This document shows, one piece after another, positions 50,359 to 60,292 of a stretch of 64,000 nt of DNA. The DNA is from an uncultured virus (IMG/VR IMGVR_UViG_3300006879_000002) (lineage: Duplodnaviria; Heunggongvirae; Uroviricota; Caudoviricetes), in the IMG/VR virus record IMGVR_UViG_3300006879_000002. One strand, 5' to 3'. The notes beneath the pieces are model-generated. The model worked only from the letters and a program-made list of their open reading frames with translations. It had not been told where the DNA came from and ran no database searches. Each line of letters opens with the position of its first letter. Positions within the stretch are counted from its first letter, which is position 1. The translations under genes were made by a program, and so were the position numbers.

Positions 50359-51021
50359 ATGAGCAGCATCGAAAAACCATCTGTTATCGAAGTACTCTAC
50401 CATGCTGCCCACAAACCAGACTTGAGTAAGAAAGTCCCATTTGGCGAGGGTTTCTGCGGGAGGTGCCATCAACGAAAGCGGGTGGCTGAAGCGTCCAAAG
50501 TGCTCAGTAGCAGGTTCGGATCGTGGGACTGGATCACCCCAGATACGGAAAGCAAACGTCGATTCCTGTGTCACCCCTGCGCCTGGTCATATCGAGAGAC
50601 AAGGCTACGTCGCTACGCCACTCTGATCCGTAGGGAGGGGGGAGCGGTGCATCACCCCACAGGACCCGAGTTGCGGCAGGTGTTATCTGGCCCATTACCG
50701 CCGACCGTAGCGATTCTTCTGCCAGTGGCCGGAAAGAAAGCTGTCGCCCCGATGGGAGCCTGGGGGTTGATCGCTGCCGACCACGGGCGCATGGAGTGGA
50801 CCAGAGGTCTAGCGAAATCCCTCGGGAGACTGATGATCCTCAAAAGGCTGGGGGCCTCAGAAACAGCCCTGGCAAGCCCCGAAATCCCGGGGCAACTGAT
50901 CGACTCGCTCCCCCCGGAAGAGTGGCTTCGTGCGCACGAGGCTTGGCGGGCACTGGCCCCCCTGCGTAGTGACAAGACAGTGCTTCCTGCGCTACTGCGC
51001 CTAACGAGAGAGACAGTGTGA
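50359..51021 (+). CDS. csf1: Type IV-B CRISPR large subunit Csf1 (Cas8-like)
   Basis: CGRC...VLSSRF.SWD...LCHPCAW Zn finger; first gene of the operon. Confidence 0.85.
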   Translation: MSSIEKPSVIEVLYHAAHKPDLSKKVPFGEGFCGRCHQRKRVAEASKVLSSRFGSWDWITPDTESKRRFLCHPCAWSYRETRLRRYATLIRREGGAVHHPTGPELRQVLSGPLPPTVAILLPVAGKKAVAPMGAWGLIAADHGRMEWTRGLAKSLGRLMILKRLGASETALASPEIPGQLIDSLPPEEWLRAHEAWRALAPLRSDKTVLPALLRLTRETV

Positions 51022-51497
51022 TGGTTACAGACAATCTCGGGTTCGGGTGGCCCACCCCGATGACAGACGAAATGCTCCACGAAAGCCTCCTGCCACCCTT
51101 GCCGACACCCGAGGAGTCCATTGCTGAGCGGCTGGCGATGCTGGCACATTTGAGCTTCGACCCAGACGTATGGGGGCCGGGCAGTGGCCGCCTGGCGCAC
51201 TACTGGACAGCGTTTGGCAACAGGATGGGGTCGGCCACCAACGAGATCACCGTTGCTACATGGTGGGAGGCGCTAATGACCGACCTGCCGGGAATTGCGC
51301 TGCGTGACCTGGACTTACTGCACGAGAAAAACTTGCTGATTCGCCCCACTAGCCTGCCCGGCACGTCGGTCGATGATGATGAAGTCCTGACCGTGCTGCG
51401 CACCCACACATTGGAACTGCGGGACCGGACCAGACGATGGGCCAAAGAACGCCGGGACCTGCGGGCCGCGGAGACAGCTGCCGAGGAGGAAGGCTGA
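51018..51497 (+). CDS. cas11: Type IV-B small subunit Cas11
   Basis: Small helical, Trp-rich ORF between csf1 and csf2. Confidence 0.72.
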   Translation: MMVTDNLGFGWPTPMTDEMLHESLLPPLPTPEESIAERLAMLAHLSFDPDVWGPGSGRLAHYWTAFGNRMGSATNEITVATWWEALMTDLPGIALRDLDLLHEKNLLIRPTSLPGTSVDDDEVLTVLRTHTLELRDRTRRWAKERRDLRAAETAAEEEG

Positions 51498-51501
51498 GAC
51501 G

Positions 51502-52398
51502 ATGCGGACTATCGCCTATAGCGGAGCACTGCGAGCGCGATCCTCAATTGCCCATGGGGACAAGCCGTCTGGCAACAGCCACCCGTTTCGCCGCGAGACG
51601 TTCATCTTGCCGAGCGGGAAACGACTCGCGGCGGTCCCCGTTATCTCCGGGGGAGCGGTACGAGGCTCACTGCGCCGTACCGCTGCTGCGATGACCCAGC
51701 AGGCCATCGCCGGGGACGGGACGTTGCCGCACCCGGTAGTGCACGCGTTACGTACCGGGGGGAGCCTGCGCGAGACCCGATCCAGCGGCGAGGTTCTCAC
51801 CGGGGAGAAGCAGGCGATCCTGCGGGACGCGATCCCGATGTTCGGAGTCTTCGGGCTGGCCGCTGGGGGCAGGTTGATGTCCGGGCGGCTTCAAGTGGGC
51901 AAACCGCTGCCCGTAGCCAAGGAGACGTTGTTCCTGTCGGAGCACTACGGGGTGGACTTGCAGGACTACACCCCTCCCTCGATCTGGCAGGTGGTACAGA
52001 AGGAGACCTACACCCGCAACGCTGACGTGGACGACTCCGAAGCCCAGATGCTCATCGACGACGTGGAAGCAGCAGAACGAGACCTGCCCAGGGGGTCGGG
52101 GAACATGATCTACACTCACGAAACAGTCAGCCCCGGCACCCTCCTGTTCCACAGCATCGTCCTCGACGCCGGAACCCCCGCCGAAGTGAGCTTCTTCGAT
52201 GACCTGATCGCCTCCTGGTCCCGCCGCGCCACCATTGGTGGACAGACAGCGAAAGGACTCGGAAGGGTGGACCCCGAGTACACCCGGTCCTCCTACGACA
52301 TCCTGGGCAACGAGACCCCCGACGAGGCGCCACAGGCATGGCGCGACCACATGCACCAGCGGGACGAGCAGGTGCAGGAAGTGCTCACATGGCTGTGA
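51502..52398 (+). CDS. csf2: Type IV Cas7-like backbone Csf2
   Basis: RAMP features: SSIAHG, FRRE, VPVISGGAVRGSLRR, GRLQVG, ETV.PGT, G-loop IGG..AKGLGRV. Confidence 0.92.
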   Translation: MRTIAYSGALRARSSIAHGDKPSGNSHPFRRETFILPSGKRLAAVPVISGGAVRGSLRRTAAAMTQQAIAGDGTLPHPVVHALRTGGSLRETRSSGEVLTGEKQAILRDAIPMFGVFGLAAGGRLMSGRLQVGKPLPVAKETLFLSEHYGVDLQDYTPPSIWQVVQKETYTRNADVDDSEAQMLIDDVEAAERDLPRGSGNMIYTHETVSPGTLLFHSIVLDAGTPAEVSFFDDLIASWSRRATIGGQTAKGLGRVDPEYTRSSYDILGNETPDEAPQAWRDHMHQRDEQVQEVLTWL

Positions 52399-53150
52399 GC
52401 CTGCACGCCGAACCCGGCCACGTACCGTTTACGGTGACTGCCACCCTCCGGTCAGGTGCGGGCTGGGACCGTCCCTATGGCCTCGACCTGGCAGGCATCC
52501 TGGCCGCGCACCTGAGGCGCGTAGAGAAGGCCCGCTTAGAGCAGGACGACCAACTGGTGGCCACGCCGCCAGAGGACACCACTGATGCCGTGGCCATAGA
52601 CCTAGACCTCCCGCTGGCGCGCTGCACTACCGGCCCAGACTGGCACTGGGCAGCCACCTGCGCTATTCCCGTAGCCGCAGAAGACGATCCAGAGACGCAC
52701 ATGTTCTACCGCACCACAGACTCCTCCTGGTCTGAACGTGCCGCCACCCGCCCACTGCCCTACTTCAGCCCCAAATCTGGCCCATATCGAGACGTCATGG
52801 TCCCCTCCTCGATCACCATGTGCCCTGCCATCACCTGGCACGGGATCGGAGACCTCGCCGCCGTCGCAGAAGCCGTCCGCCCCATCTGCTTCATCGGACG
52901 CCGACGCAACGCCGGAGAAGGTGAAGTTCTCCGCTGGGCGGTGGAACAGGCACACCCGGACGACCCGGGCCGCTTCATCCACGCCGACCCCGACAACGCG
53001 ATCCTGCGCCCATGCCCCACCGAATGCGCCGAAGCCCTCGCCGTGGACTACCGCCTGGGCTGGTACGCCATCCGCCCCCCATCCTGGCACCCCGACCGCC
53101 TCACCGAACTCGCCATGACCGCAGAGCCGGAAGACTCCTGGTTCGACTGA
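52389..53150 (+). CDS. csf3: Type IV Cas5-like Csf3
   Basis: LDLAGILA, LPLARC..WHWAAT, G-loop IGRRR..GEGEV, RPPSWHP. Confidence 0.86.
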   Translation: MAVSLHAEPGHVPFTVTATLRSGAGWDRPYGLDLAGILAAHLRRVEKARLEQDDQLVATPPEDTTDAVAIDLDLPLARCTTGPDWHWAATCAIPVAAEDDPETHMFYRTTDSSWSERAATRPLPYFSPKSGPYRDVMVPSSITMCPAITWHGIGDLAAVAEAVRPICFIGRRRNAGEGEVLRWAVEQAHPDDPGRFIHADPDNAILRPCPTECAEALAVDYRLGWYAIRPPSWHPDRLTELAMTAEPEDSWFD

Positions 53151-53160
53151 AAGGACCCCC

Positions 53161-53934
53161 ATGAGCGTGAACCTGAAGCGCTCGCGGTACGCCCCACGCC
53201 TTCCCACCCTGGAAGATCAGTCCCTGGAGATGCTAGAGAAGTGGATGAGGCAGTGGCCCACCCCCTGGGTGTCGATCTCCGGAGGCAAAGACTCCCTCGT
53301 AGCTCTCCACCTCGCGCGCCGCATCAACCCCGACGTGCCGGTCGCGTTCTTCGACTCCGGCCTGGAGTTCCCCCAAACCCTGCGCTACATCGACGGCCTT
53401 GCCCGAGCGTGGCACCTGGACCTGCACACCTACCACGCTGACCCGCACCCGCTGGACATCATGGAAGCCAACGGGGCCTGGGAACACGGACGCCCCTACA
53501 CCCCGGGCGCCATATCAATGCACGAGTCCCTCATTAGCCAGCCTCTAGCAGCCGCGCTACGCGACCTCGGCCCGGCCTGTATCTACGGTGTACGCGCCGA
53601 CGAAGCCGAGAACCGGCGCATGTACCTCACCCGCGCTCGCGGACAGGTCACCAAGCGCGCCAAGGACGGAACCGTCCTGAGCGCCCACATCTCCCCCGCC
53701 TGGCGGTGGTCCTCCGAGGAGGTGTTCGCCTACATCGCAAAGCACGACCTTCCTTTGAACCCGGTGTACCGCCAGCAAATGGAGCTGGGAGTGCCAGAAC
53801 ACCGTGCCCGCGTGGGGCTCATCATCGACGGGTGGTCTCTGGAGCAGGGCAGGTGGGCAGTAGCTCGAGCCCTGGCCCCCGACGAGTGTCGTCGCATTGA
53901 GGCAGCGTTGCCTTACTTGGCTGAATGGCGGTAG
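53161..53934 (+). CDS. CysH-like (PAPS reductase family) type IV-B accessory protein
   Basis: PP-loop SISGGKDS, FFDSG.EFP.T, GVRADE..NR, SP.WRWS...VFAYI. Confidence 0.9.
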   Translation: MSVNLKRSRYAPRLPTLEDQSLEMLEKWMRQWPTPWVSISGGKDSLVALHLARRINPDVPVAFFDSGLEFPQTLRYIDGLARAWHLDLHTYHADPHPLDIMEANGAWEHGRPYTPGAISMHESLISQPLAAALRDLGPACIYGVRADEAENRRMYLTRARGQVTKRAKDGTVLSAHISPAWRWSSEEVFAYIAKHDLPLNPVYRQQMELGVPEHRARVGLIIDGWSLEQGRWAVARALAPDECRRIEAALPYLAEWR

Positions 53935-53951
53935 CAGGGCACAGAGAAAAA

Positions 53952-53984
53952 GGGGGCAGCCACCTCGGACGGGTGACTGCCCCT
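53952..53984. terminator. Hairpin between convergent genes
   Basis: GGGGCAG.CACC...GGTG.CTGCCCC preceded by an A-tract. Confidence 0.55.
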
Positions 53985-53999
53985 GAGGGGTAGTTGAGG

Positions 54000-54422
54000 T
54001 CAGCGGTGGAAGCTGCCGCCGAACGCCGGAGCAGCCGGTCCACCCTCGGCGGCGGACTGGTCGTCCTGTTCGCCGCCACCCTCGGGCTCGTGCGTCCCCT
54101 TGTCGTCCTGAGCTTCGGCTGAGGGCGTGGGCTCCTCTTTCGCCTTGCTCTTCTTCTCCGTGGGGTTGAGCCGTTCCTTGGCGACTTCAGGGGAAACCTT
54201 CTGGTACACCTGTGCCGCCTGCTCAAGCCGCTTGTTGTACTGCTGGTCGAGCCGCTCCAACTCGCGCTCGCCCTCATCAGACACGTCGAAGGTGTAACGC
54301 TGGCTCTTGCCGGTGGGGGAGCACTTGGCCGGGATTGTGCGATGAACCCGGCGCGTGGCCTCGACCTTCTTGCCCTTGGTGGCGAGAAGCACGTCGTCCA
54401 GGCGAGACTGAACTGCAACCAT
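54000..54422 (-). CDS. Hypothetical protein
   Basis: GAAAGG RBS; TGCTACTCT promoter. Confidence 0.65.
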   Translation of the reverse strand: MVAVQSRLDDVLLATKGKKVEATRRVHRTIPAKCSPTGKSQRYTFDVSDEGERELERLDQQYNKRLEQAAQVYQKVSPEVAKERLNPTEKKSKAKEEPTPSAEAQDDKGTHEPEGGGEQDDQSAAEGGPAAPAFGGSFHR

Positions 54423-54554
54423 GAGTGGTGTACCTTTCGGGATTGACGGCGGTGTTATCAGAGTAGCACTCTGAAGGAGAAATCTGGACTGATGGTGCGG
54501 TGAAATAGCCTATTCGGTAGGCGATAGCCAACTACAACTCGAGAGCACTGTGCC

Positions 54555-55373
54555 TCACATTTGCACGACCATCAGGTATGTAGCCCCGAGGACATACACG
54601 ACCAGTAGGGCCCCGAATAGCCCTTCGCGCAGACTGTTCGTATCTCCGAGAGCCGGGACGCGAAAGTAGCCGTTGTCTTGCCACACGAGTTTGACGACGG
54701 CCCCGAGAACCGGCACCCGAAGGAGGGCCTTGGGCGGCGCAGGATTCCACGGCCACAACCACGGCACCCCCTGAGTGGTGAGCCCATCTCCGAGGCAGTG
54801 GATGAACGCCCCGAGTCCCACAGCGAACGGGAGCCAAGACCACTGGTAGTCGAGGAAGTAAGTCGCAGCCCCTGCGGTGGCAAGGGAGATGATCCACGGC
54901 CCGACAGTGGTGTTGAGGATGCTGCCACGCCTGCCGGGACGGATGTGTAGCGCCTTAATGGCGAAGGCGACAAGGAAGACTGCCATGATCCCGGCCCCGA
55001 TGGCCGTAGTACGTCCCCCGACTTCCATCGTGGGGCGGGAGGCGAAGAAGGACAGTACTGCCGCGGCTATCACCCCCAACAGGGAGTGGGTGAAGTGGCG
55101 GTGCCCGCCTGATGCTGACTCAACTCCTCGACATAGCAGGTTGGTCACCGGGGGGAGACTGTGGGCGATGGTGCCGTTGTGGTGATCCATGTCTGGCACA
55201 AGGGCAGCCCCGGCACTCATTACCACACCGGCCAGCAGAGCCCCCGGAGGGAAGTCCATGAGGCCAATCCCAAGGGGAATCTGTGTGCCGAGCAGGCTCG
55301 CTGGTACTGCTGCGGTACTCGTTAAAGCTATCCATCCAGCGGCGCCAGTGAGCGCATGGGTATACCCTTGCAC
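54555..55373 (-). CDS. Membrane-bound metal-dependent hydrolase (YdjM/DUF457-like)
   Basis: YTHALTG, VPDMDH, HRHFTHS, HCLGD.LT..G.P motifs with TMs. Confidence 0.85.
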   Translation of the reverse strand: MQGYTHALTGAAGWIALTSTAAVPASLLGTQIPLGIGLMDFPPGALLAGVVMSAGAALVPDMDHHNGTIAHSLPPVTNLLCRGVESASGGHRHFTHSLLGVIAAAVLSFFASRPTMEVGGRTTAIGAGIMAVFLVAFAIKALHIRPGRRGSILNTTVGPWIISLATAGAATYFLDYQWSWLPFAVGLGAFIHCLGDGLTTQGVPWLWPWNPAPPKALLRVPVLGAVVKLVWQDNGYFRVPALGDTNSLREGLFGALLVVYVLGATYLMVVQM

Positions 55374-55447
55374 GCCTTCCCTCCATGCTATTTGCTTCGC
55401 GTAGGTGCTATACTAGCAGACGCGTTCGCAAACAAGCGTTGAGGGCT

Positions 55448-55789
55448 TCAGGAAGTCTTGCGCTTGACTGTCACATCAGTCACGAGCTTGGTCTTGGGGA
55501 GCTTCTTCGCCCCAGAAATGAAGTCCTTCAAGATCGGAGCAGGACGGAAATGCACCCGAGCCGACTTCTTCGCCCGCATCTGCTTGCCGGTGGCGGGATT
55601 CCTGATCATCCGGGAAGGAACCACCTTGGCGGTCAGGCTGCCAAAGCCGAAGATCGAGACCCGGTGACCATCGGCCAGCGCACGCGTCACGCGATCCTGC
55701 ATGAGGTGGACAATCTGCTCCGCCTCCCGACGCGAAAGGTCTGTGTCTTGAGAGACGGCATTGATCAGATCGGCTCGTGTAAACGCCAT
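55448..55789 (-). CDS. HU-family histone-like protein
   Basis: TRADLINAVS, V.IFGFGS, RNPATG, V.FRP...LK. Confidence 0.92.
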   Translation of the reverse strand: MAFTRADLINAVSQDTDLSRREAEQIVHLMQDRVTRALADGHRVSIFGFGSLTAKVVPSRMIRNPATGKQMRAKKSARVHFRPAPILKDFISGAKKLPKTKLVTDVTVKRKTS

Positions 55790-55971
55790 GACGGAAAACC
55801 TCACTCGAATAGGGGAATGTGGCACAAGTGTATCGAGTGTAGAACCGGAAAACCCTGTACTGAAGGAAAACCAGCAGCGAGGCCCTCCCGCCCAACATCA
55901 GAGGCAACACCAATGTCAGACCCCGCACATAGGGTCATCGAAAACGCCCACCCGACAGGAGCATCAAACCA

Positions 55972-56898
55972 GTGACATCACCAAAACTGGCTGGAGCCAC
56001 CGACCACGGACGCATGTATGCCCGCACCCGGGGAGGGCCCCTCGAGGTCCCCTCGATCACCACAGTGCTAGACGTCCTCAACCAGCGCATGGAGTGGTGG
56101 GAAGCCCGATGCGCCGTGGACGCCGCCTGGGACTGGGCCCACCGCATCGTCGAAATTAAAGCTAACCCGGGGGACTGGCGCACCGAGCGCAAGGCTAAGG
56201 ACTGGATGCGTAACGCTGCCGAACGCGACCGCGACGATGCGTCCGCTCGCGGGGATTGCGTGCACGACTATGCCGAAGTGTGGGCACTACACACCCTCGG
56301 CAAAGCCACCACCAATGACGTGGAGGAACAGCGGAGCGCCTGCGAGCGCGCCGGGGTGTTGGACTACATCCACCACTTCCACCGGTTCTGGGACGACTGG
56401 CAGCCCACGGTGGTTATGCCCGAGGCGACCGTATGGAACACCGAAGTGGGGTATGCGGGCACAACTGACTTGCTGTGTCAGGTGCAGGTGCAGGGCCGCA
56501 CGGTGAACGTGGTGGGCGACTACAAAACCAAGCGGTCCCTGTATAAGCGCAACGGTCAGCCGAAGGCCCAGGACCTGAGGGACTACACCGGGATGCAGCT
56601 CGCTGCGGCAGCGTACGCCGAAGAAGTGTGGGTGCCGGGGCAGGCTGAAGACGGGTCGCAGGATTCATGGAAGCAGATGGATTTCGGGGCAGAGGTGGGG
56701 GTTGGGATCGCGGTTGCTCCTGACGGGTATGTCGTGCGCCAGTACGCGATCCACCACCCGCCTATGTGGGAGACCTTCAAAGCGCTACGTAGTGCGTGGG
56801 AGTTCTCCGCACAGGGGCCGAGGATGATGAGCGGGAAACTCGGGGGGCCTGGGGAGTTGCGCCTGCCGGATGGGGGAAATGTCAGTGCCGTGGCGTAG
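55972..56898 (+). CDS. PD-(D/E)XK exonuclease (phage RecE/Cas4-like)
   Basis: PSITTVL, RGD.VH, EATV, GYAGTTDL, GDYKT, QLAA. Confidence 0.85.
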   Translation: MTSPKLAGATDHGRMYARTRGGPLEVPSITTVLDVLNQRMEWWEARCAVDAAWDWAHRIVEIKANPGDWRTERKAKDWMRNAAERDRDDASARGDCVHDYAEVWALHTLGKATTNDVEEQRSACERAGVLDYIHHFHRFWDDWQPTVVMPEATVWNTEVGYAGTTDLLCQVQVQGRTVNVVGDYKTKRSLYKRNGQPKAQDLRDYTGMQLAAAAYAEEVWVPGQAEDGSQDSWKQMDFGAEVGVGIAVAPDGYVVRQYAIHHPPMWETFKALRSAWEFSAQGPRMMSGKLGGPGELRLPDGGNVSAVA

Positions 56899-56980
56899 TA
56901 GTGGAGAGTGGGTCTTCGGTTGGTCCGATGACGCAAACGTGCTATACTGAGAAGGTCGTTTCACGAGAGAGAGGCACACA

Positions 56981-59206
56981 ATGAATCCCCTGAACCCGGA
57001 CCAGTTGCCAGACAAGAACGCCCAGTTCATTGCCTATGGCTCGCCCGAGCGTGTTGCCGACCCGTTTGGCGGGGAAGACCCGCTCAGCGTCCGCCCGCAA
57101 GTGTTCGTGCGCTACTACCGAGGCATCAAGATCAAGGAGCTGGCCGCACCTCGCAGCGGGGCAGCCGACACTGTGAAGGTCGTCTTCGACCCGGAGTCTG
57201 TTGGCTTGTCGAACGAGTTCAGCGCTTATATGAACAGTGACGACCCGGTGGTGGAGTACCTGCGCAGCCAAGTTGAGGCGGGCGCGCCCGTCGATGTGGG
57301 TTTGGAGTACGTGCGCCGTAAGAGGACGAAGGACACCAAGGAAGAGATTTCCCCCGTCGTGCCCATTCATGCCCTCCGGGGCGCGAACGCGGCTGACGGG
57401 TCCGGTGACAACTCGACCATGATGGGCGCCGCTGGGAAGAACGTGCGCAGCGTGGTCGGTCTGATCAACGGCAGGCGCAGCGCCAACGGTGTCTCAGACC
57501 CCAGGGAATGGAGACTGCTTGTCTCCAACCGCAAGGGCGACCTGCCTCCGGCAGGCTGGAAGGCGCTGCTGGACCGCGAGGACTGGACCAAGGTGGGCGC
57601 CATTGTTCCCAAGAGCGACCCTCCCGCAGGCACCGCCCAGCAGCCGCAGCAGTCCGGCGCGGGCATCGACATGAACGTGCTAGCGAAAGTGGTGCGTCAT
57701 GAGGCGCTACAAGCGCTGAAAACTTACGGCGAGGACCTGCTGCGTCAGGACGCCGCCGAACAGGGACAGCCCACCTCCCGCGAGCCATCCTTCGCCGTCG
57801 AGGGTAAGCCGTGGAACACGCGGGTGAACAAGGACCACCTCAACCTCGGTTCCTACCTGGTGACCGGGGAAGGGCACGCGCTGCGGTGGGCCTACCGGCA
57901 CCTGCGCACCATCGGAGACGACACCCTGGTCGGGGACCCGAGCATTCGGTGGGAAGCCGCCCAGGAACTGGCGGATGCGACTCAGCAGATCGCAGACGGG
58001 GTGCAGGCAGCCGCCTACAACGGTGAGGTTCGCGCCGACCGCACGTCCGCGTCGTTCACCGAGGCTGTGCGGTGGGTGCGGTTCCACGTGGAGGAAACCT
58101 ACCCGTTCGGGGTGGATGAGGACTTCGACTACGAAAACTGGTTCTCCCGCGTGGGACGGGCAGCCACCGAGTCCATGACTCAGGCTGAGACCAACGCGTT
58201 CGCGTTCCTGGAAGCGCGCAACCCGAAGGCCGCCCAGCAGAGCGAGAACACCGCCAGCGCCGAGGCTACGGAAGGGGCAAAGGGCCCCGAGGACTCTGAG
58301 GCTCCCACGGATGAGGCGGACAAGGAGCACGTTCTGGAAGCGTTCCTGCAAATGCTCACCCAAGGGTGGGAAGACAAGGACCGCATCCTTACTCTCGCCC
58401 GGGAAGCCAGCACCAAGGGCCTTATGGATGCCGTGGTGTGGGCGAACCCCCGGGAGGGAGCCTTCGCCACCTCCCCGTTCGACGGAGGCCAAGAGTTCAG
58501 CATCAGCACCCTGACCAAGCGCCAGTACGAGCTCCTGAACCAGGCCGCCCAGGCAGAAACGCCCACGGATGGGAACGGGCAGAACCAGCAAGAGAAGGCG
58601 CCTCAGGACGCCCAGGAGACCATAGCCTCACCGCAGCAGCAGTCTCAGGGTGGGAGCAACGTGCAGCACATCGCTGCTGCCCTGTCTCGAGCGACCAGCA
58701 GCGACCAGATCGGCACCATCTACCGCGAGGTCCGCGACAATAACCTGCTCACCAGCACCGTTGAGGTCAAGCGCGGCACCGGAACATTCGGCATCACCCC
58801 CGTACCCCCGGGTACCGACCCGGAGGCCGAGCCCATGGCGTTAGGAGACCTGTTCGACGCCCTCCGCGCGGCCCTGGCCAACAGCAACGACACCAGCGAC
58901 GGCCAGGCCACCCAGCAAGAAGCCGCCCCAGCCCAGGACGGCGACCCTCAGCAGCAGGACGCGCCCGAGGGCACTCTCTCGCCGCAGGGGGAACCTGCCG
59001 AAACACCGCCCGGGGACGGGGCCCTGGCTCAGCAGATCGCAGACCAAGCGGCACAGACGACCACGACGGACGACCTGAAATCCTTCCTAGCCCAGGCGAA
59101 CGAGCAGGGCGTCGCCAACGACGAAGTGACCATCAAAGGCACCTCTGGCCCGCTGCACGCCTACCTGGAGTCCCAGGTGAAACGTGTCAGCCGAGCCGGG
59201 AAGTAA
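56981..59206 (+). CDS. Large hypothetical protein with Q/acidic linkers
   Basis: 741-aa ORF, GAGAGAGG RBS, TGCTATACT promoter. Confidence 0.75.
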   Translation: MNPLNPDQLPDKNAQFIAYGSPERVADPFGGEDPLSVRPQVFVRYYRGIKIKELAAPRSGAADTVKVVFDPESVGLSNEFSAYMNSDDPVVEYLRSQVEAGAPVDVGLEYVRRKRTKDTKEEISPVVPIHALRGANAADGSGDNSTMMGAAGKNVRSVVGLINGRRSANGVSDPREWRLLVSNRKGDLPPAGWKALLDREDWTKVGAIVPKSDPPAGTAQQPQQSGAGIDMNVLAKVVRHEALQALKTYGEDLLRQDAAEQGQPTSREPSFAVEGKPWNTRVNKDHLNLGSYLVTGEGHALRWAYRHLRTIGDDTLVGDPSIRWEAAQELADATQQIADGVQAAAYNGEVRADRTSASFTEAVRWVRFHVEETYPFGVDEDFDYENWFSRVGRAATESMTQAETNAFAFLEARNPKAAQQSENTASAEATEGAKGPEDSEAPTDEADKEHVLEAFLQMLTQGWEDKDRILTLAREASTKGLMDAVVWANPREGAFATSPFDGGQEFSISTLTKRQYELLNQAAQAETPTDGNGQNQQEKAPQDAQETIASPQQQSQGGSNVQHIAAALSRATSSDQIGTIYREVRDNNLLTSTVEVKRGTGTFGITPVPPGTDPEAEPMALGDLFDALRAALANSNDTSDGQATQQEAAPAQDGDPQQQDAPEGTLSPQGEPAETPPGDGALAQQIADQAAQTTTTDDLKSFLAQANEQGVANDEVTIKGTSGPLHAYLESQVKRVSRAGK

Positions 59207-59245
59207 CCGCCGCAGAGCACCGCCACAGCACAAGAAGGGGGATGC

Positions 59246-59803
59246 GTGAAGCAGGGCAAGCCACTCCAGCGCAAGACACCACTACGAGCCAAGAAGCCCA
59301 TGCAGCAAGGCACCACCTCCCTGCGGCAGCGAACCCCACTGAAAACCCAGCGCCCCGGGCTCTCCCGCCAGCCCGGAGCCCTGGGTCGGGGCAACACCGA
59401 CCCCATCACTCGAGGCAAGGGTTTGCAGCGCTCGCAGCAGCGCAAACCGACACCGCCGAAGGTGACGACAACGGAGCGTCGCACCCGCAAGTTGGTGGCC
59501 GCTCGCTCTGATGGGTTCTGTGAGAAGTGCGGCACGCCGGGGGCGACGGATATGGCGCACAGGATCAGCAGGGGAGTGGGCGGGGGTTGGGAGTGCGAGA
59601 ACATCCTGCACCTCTGCCGCCCCTGCCACACCTACGACCACCAACACCCCCGCATCGCCTACCAAGGAGGCTGGCACCTGCGCAGCACCCAAAACCCCGC
59701 CACAACCCCCGTCTGGCTCCACCACAACGGAACAACCGCCCTCGCCACACTCAACAGCGACGGCACCATCACCTGGGCCACCCCCCACGAGGACCCCGAA
59801 TGA
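59246..59803 (+). CDS. HNH endonuclease
   Basis: RS.GFCEKC...AHR..R..GG....N..HLCRPCH...H; basic N-terminus with KTPL repeats. Confidence 0.82.
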   Translation: MKQGKPLQRKTPLRAKKPMQQGTTSLRQRTPLKTQRPGLSRQPGALGRGNTDPITRGKGLQRSQQRKPTPPKVTTTERRTRKLVAARSDGFCEKCGTPGATDMAHRISRGVGGGWECENILHLCRPCHTYDHQHPRIAYQGGWHLRSTQNPATTPVWLHHNGTTALATLNSDGTITWATPHEDPE

Positions 59804-60183
59804 CCCAAGACCCCGACGTGGGCCGCGCCGTACACGCCGTCCACCAATCCACCCCCGACTTCCTCATCACCGCACTGGAATCCCAAGGCCTCCTGGGAAC
59901 CATGCTGGAACGCCTCCAAAACAGCCTCGGAGGCCGCCCCCTCAACACCATCCCCACCAACGAACTCTCCCGCATGGCCCACGAGGCAGTCAGCGAGACC
60001 CTCGGCATCCCCACCACTGAAGAAAGCGACCTCCCCTCACCAAGCAAGCACCGCGCCACCCCCACAGAGGAGCACCTCATGGCCCGCGTCTCGCGCGCGA
60101 CGGAATCCTGGCAAGAAGGGTCCATTACCGCCGCTCAGGCTCTTACTCGAATAGAGGAAATCACCCAGCCGGACAGGCGATAA
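59800..60183 (+). CDS. Hypothetical protein
   Basis: ATGA overlap with the HNH gene stop, GAGGA RBS. Confidence 0.6.
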   Translation: MTQDPDVGRAVHAVHQSTPDFLITALESQGLLGTMLERLQNSLGGRPLNTIPTNELSRMAHEAVSETLGIPTTEESDLPSPSKHRATPTEEHLMARVSRATESWQEGSITAAQALTRIEEITQPDRR

Positions 60184-60292
60184 TGCGCTCACTGTTGAGC
60201 ACAAACTTGCTATACTAGAAAACGGTGGCTGCAACTGCAATCACCGTAGGTAGAGCCCGAATAGGACGGGACGAGCAACAAGGAGAAACATC

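Noticed and set aside
53161..53934. Sulfate assimilation cysH or Dnd phosphorothioation DndC
   Set aside because: No cys or dnd/ssp neighbours; it is coupled to csf3
55972..56898. Cas4 adaptation gene
   Set aside because: No cas1/cas2, lacks the four-Cys Fe-S pattern; context is a recombination module
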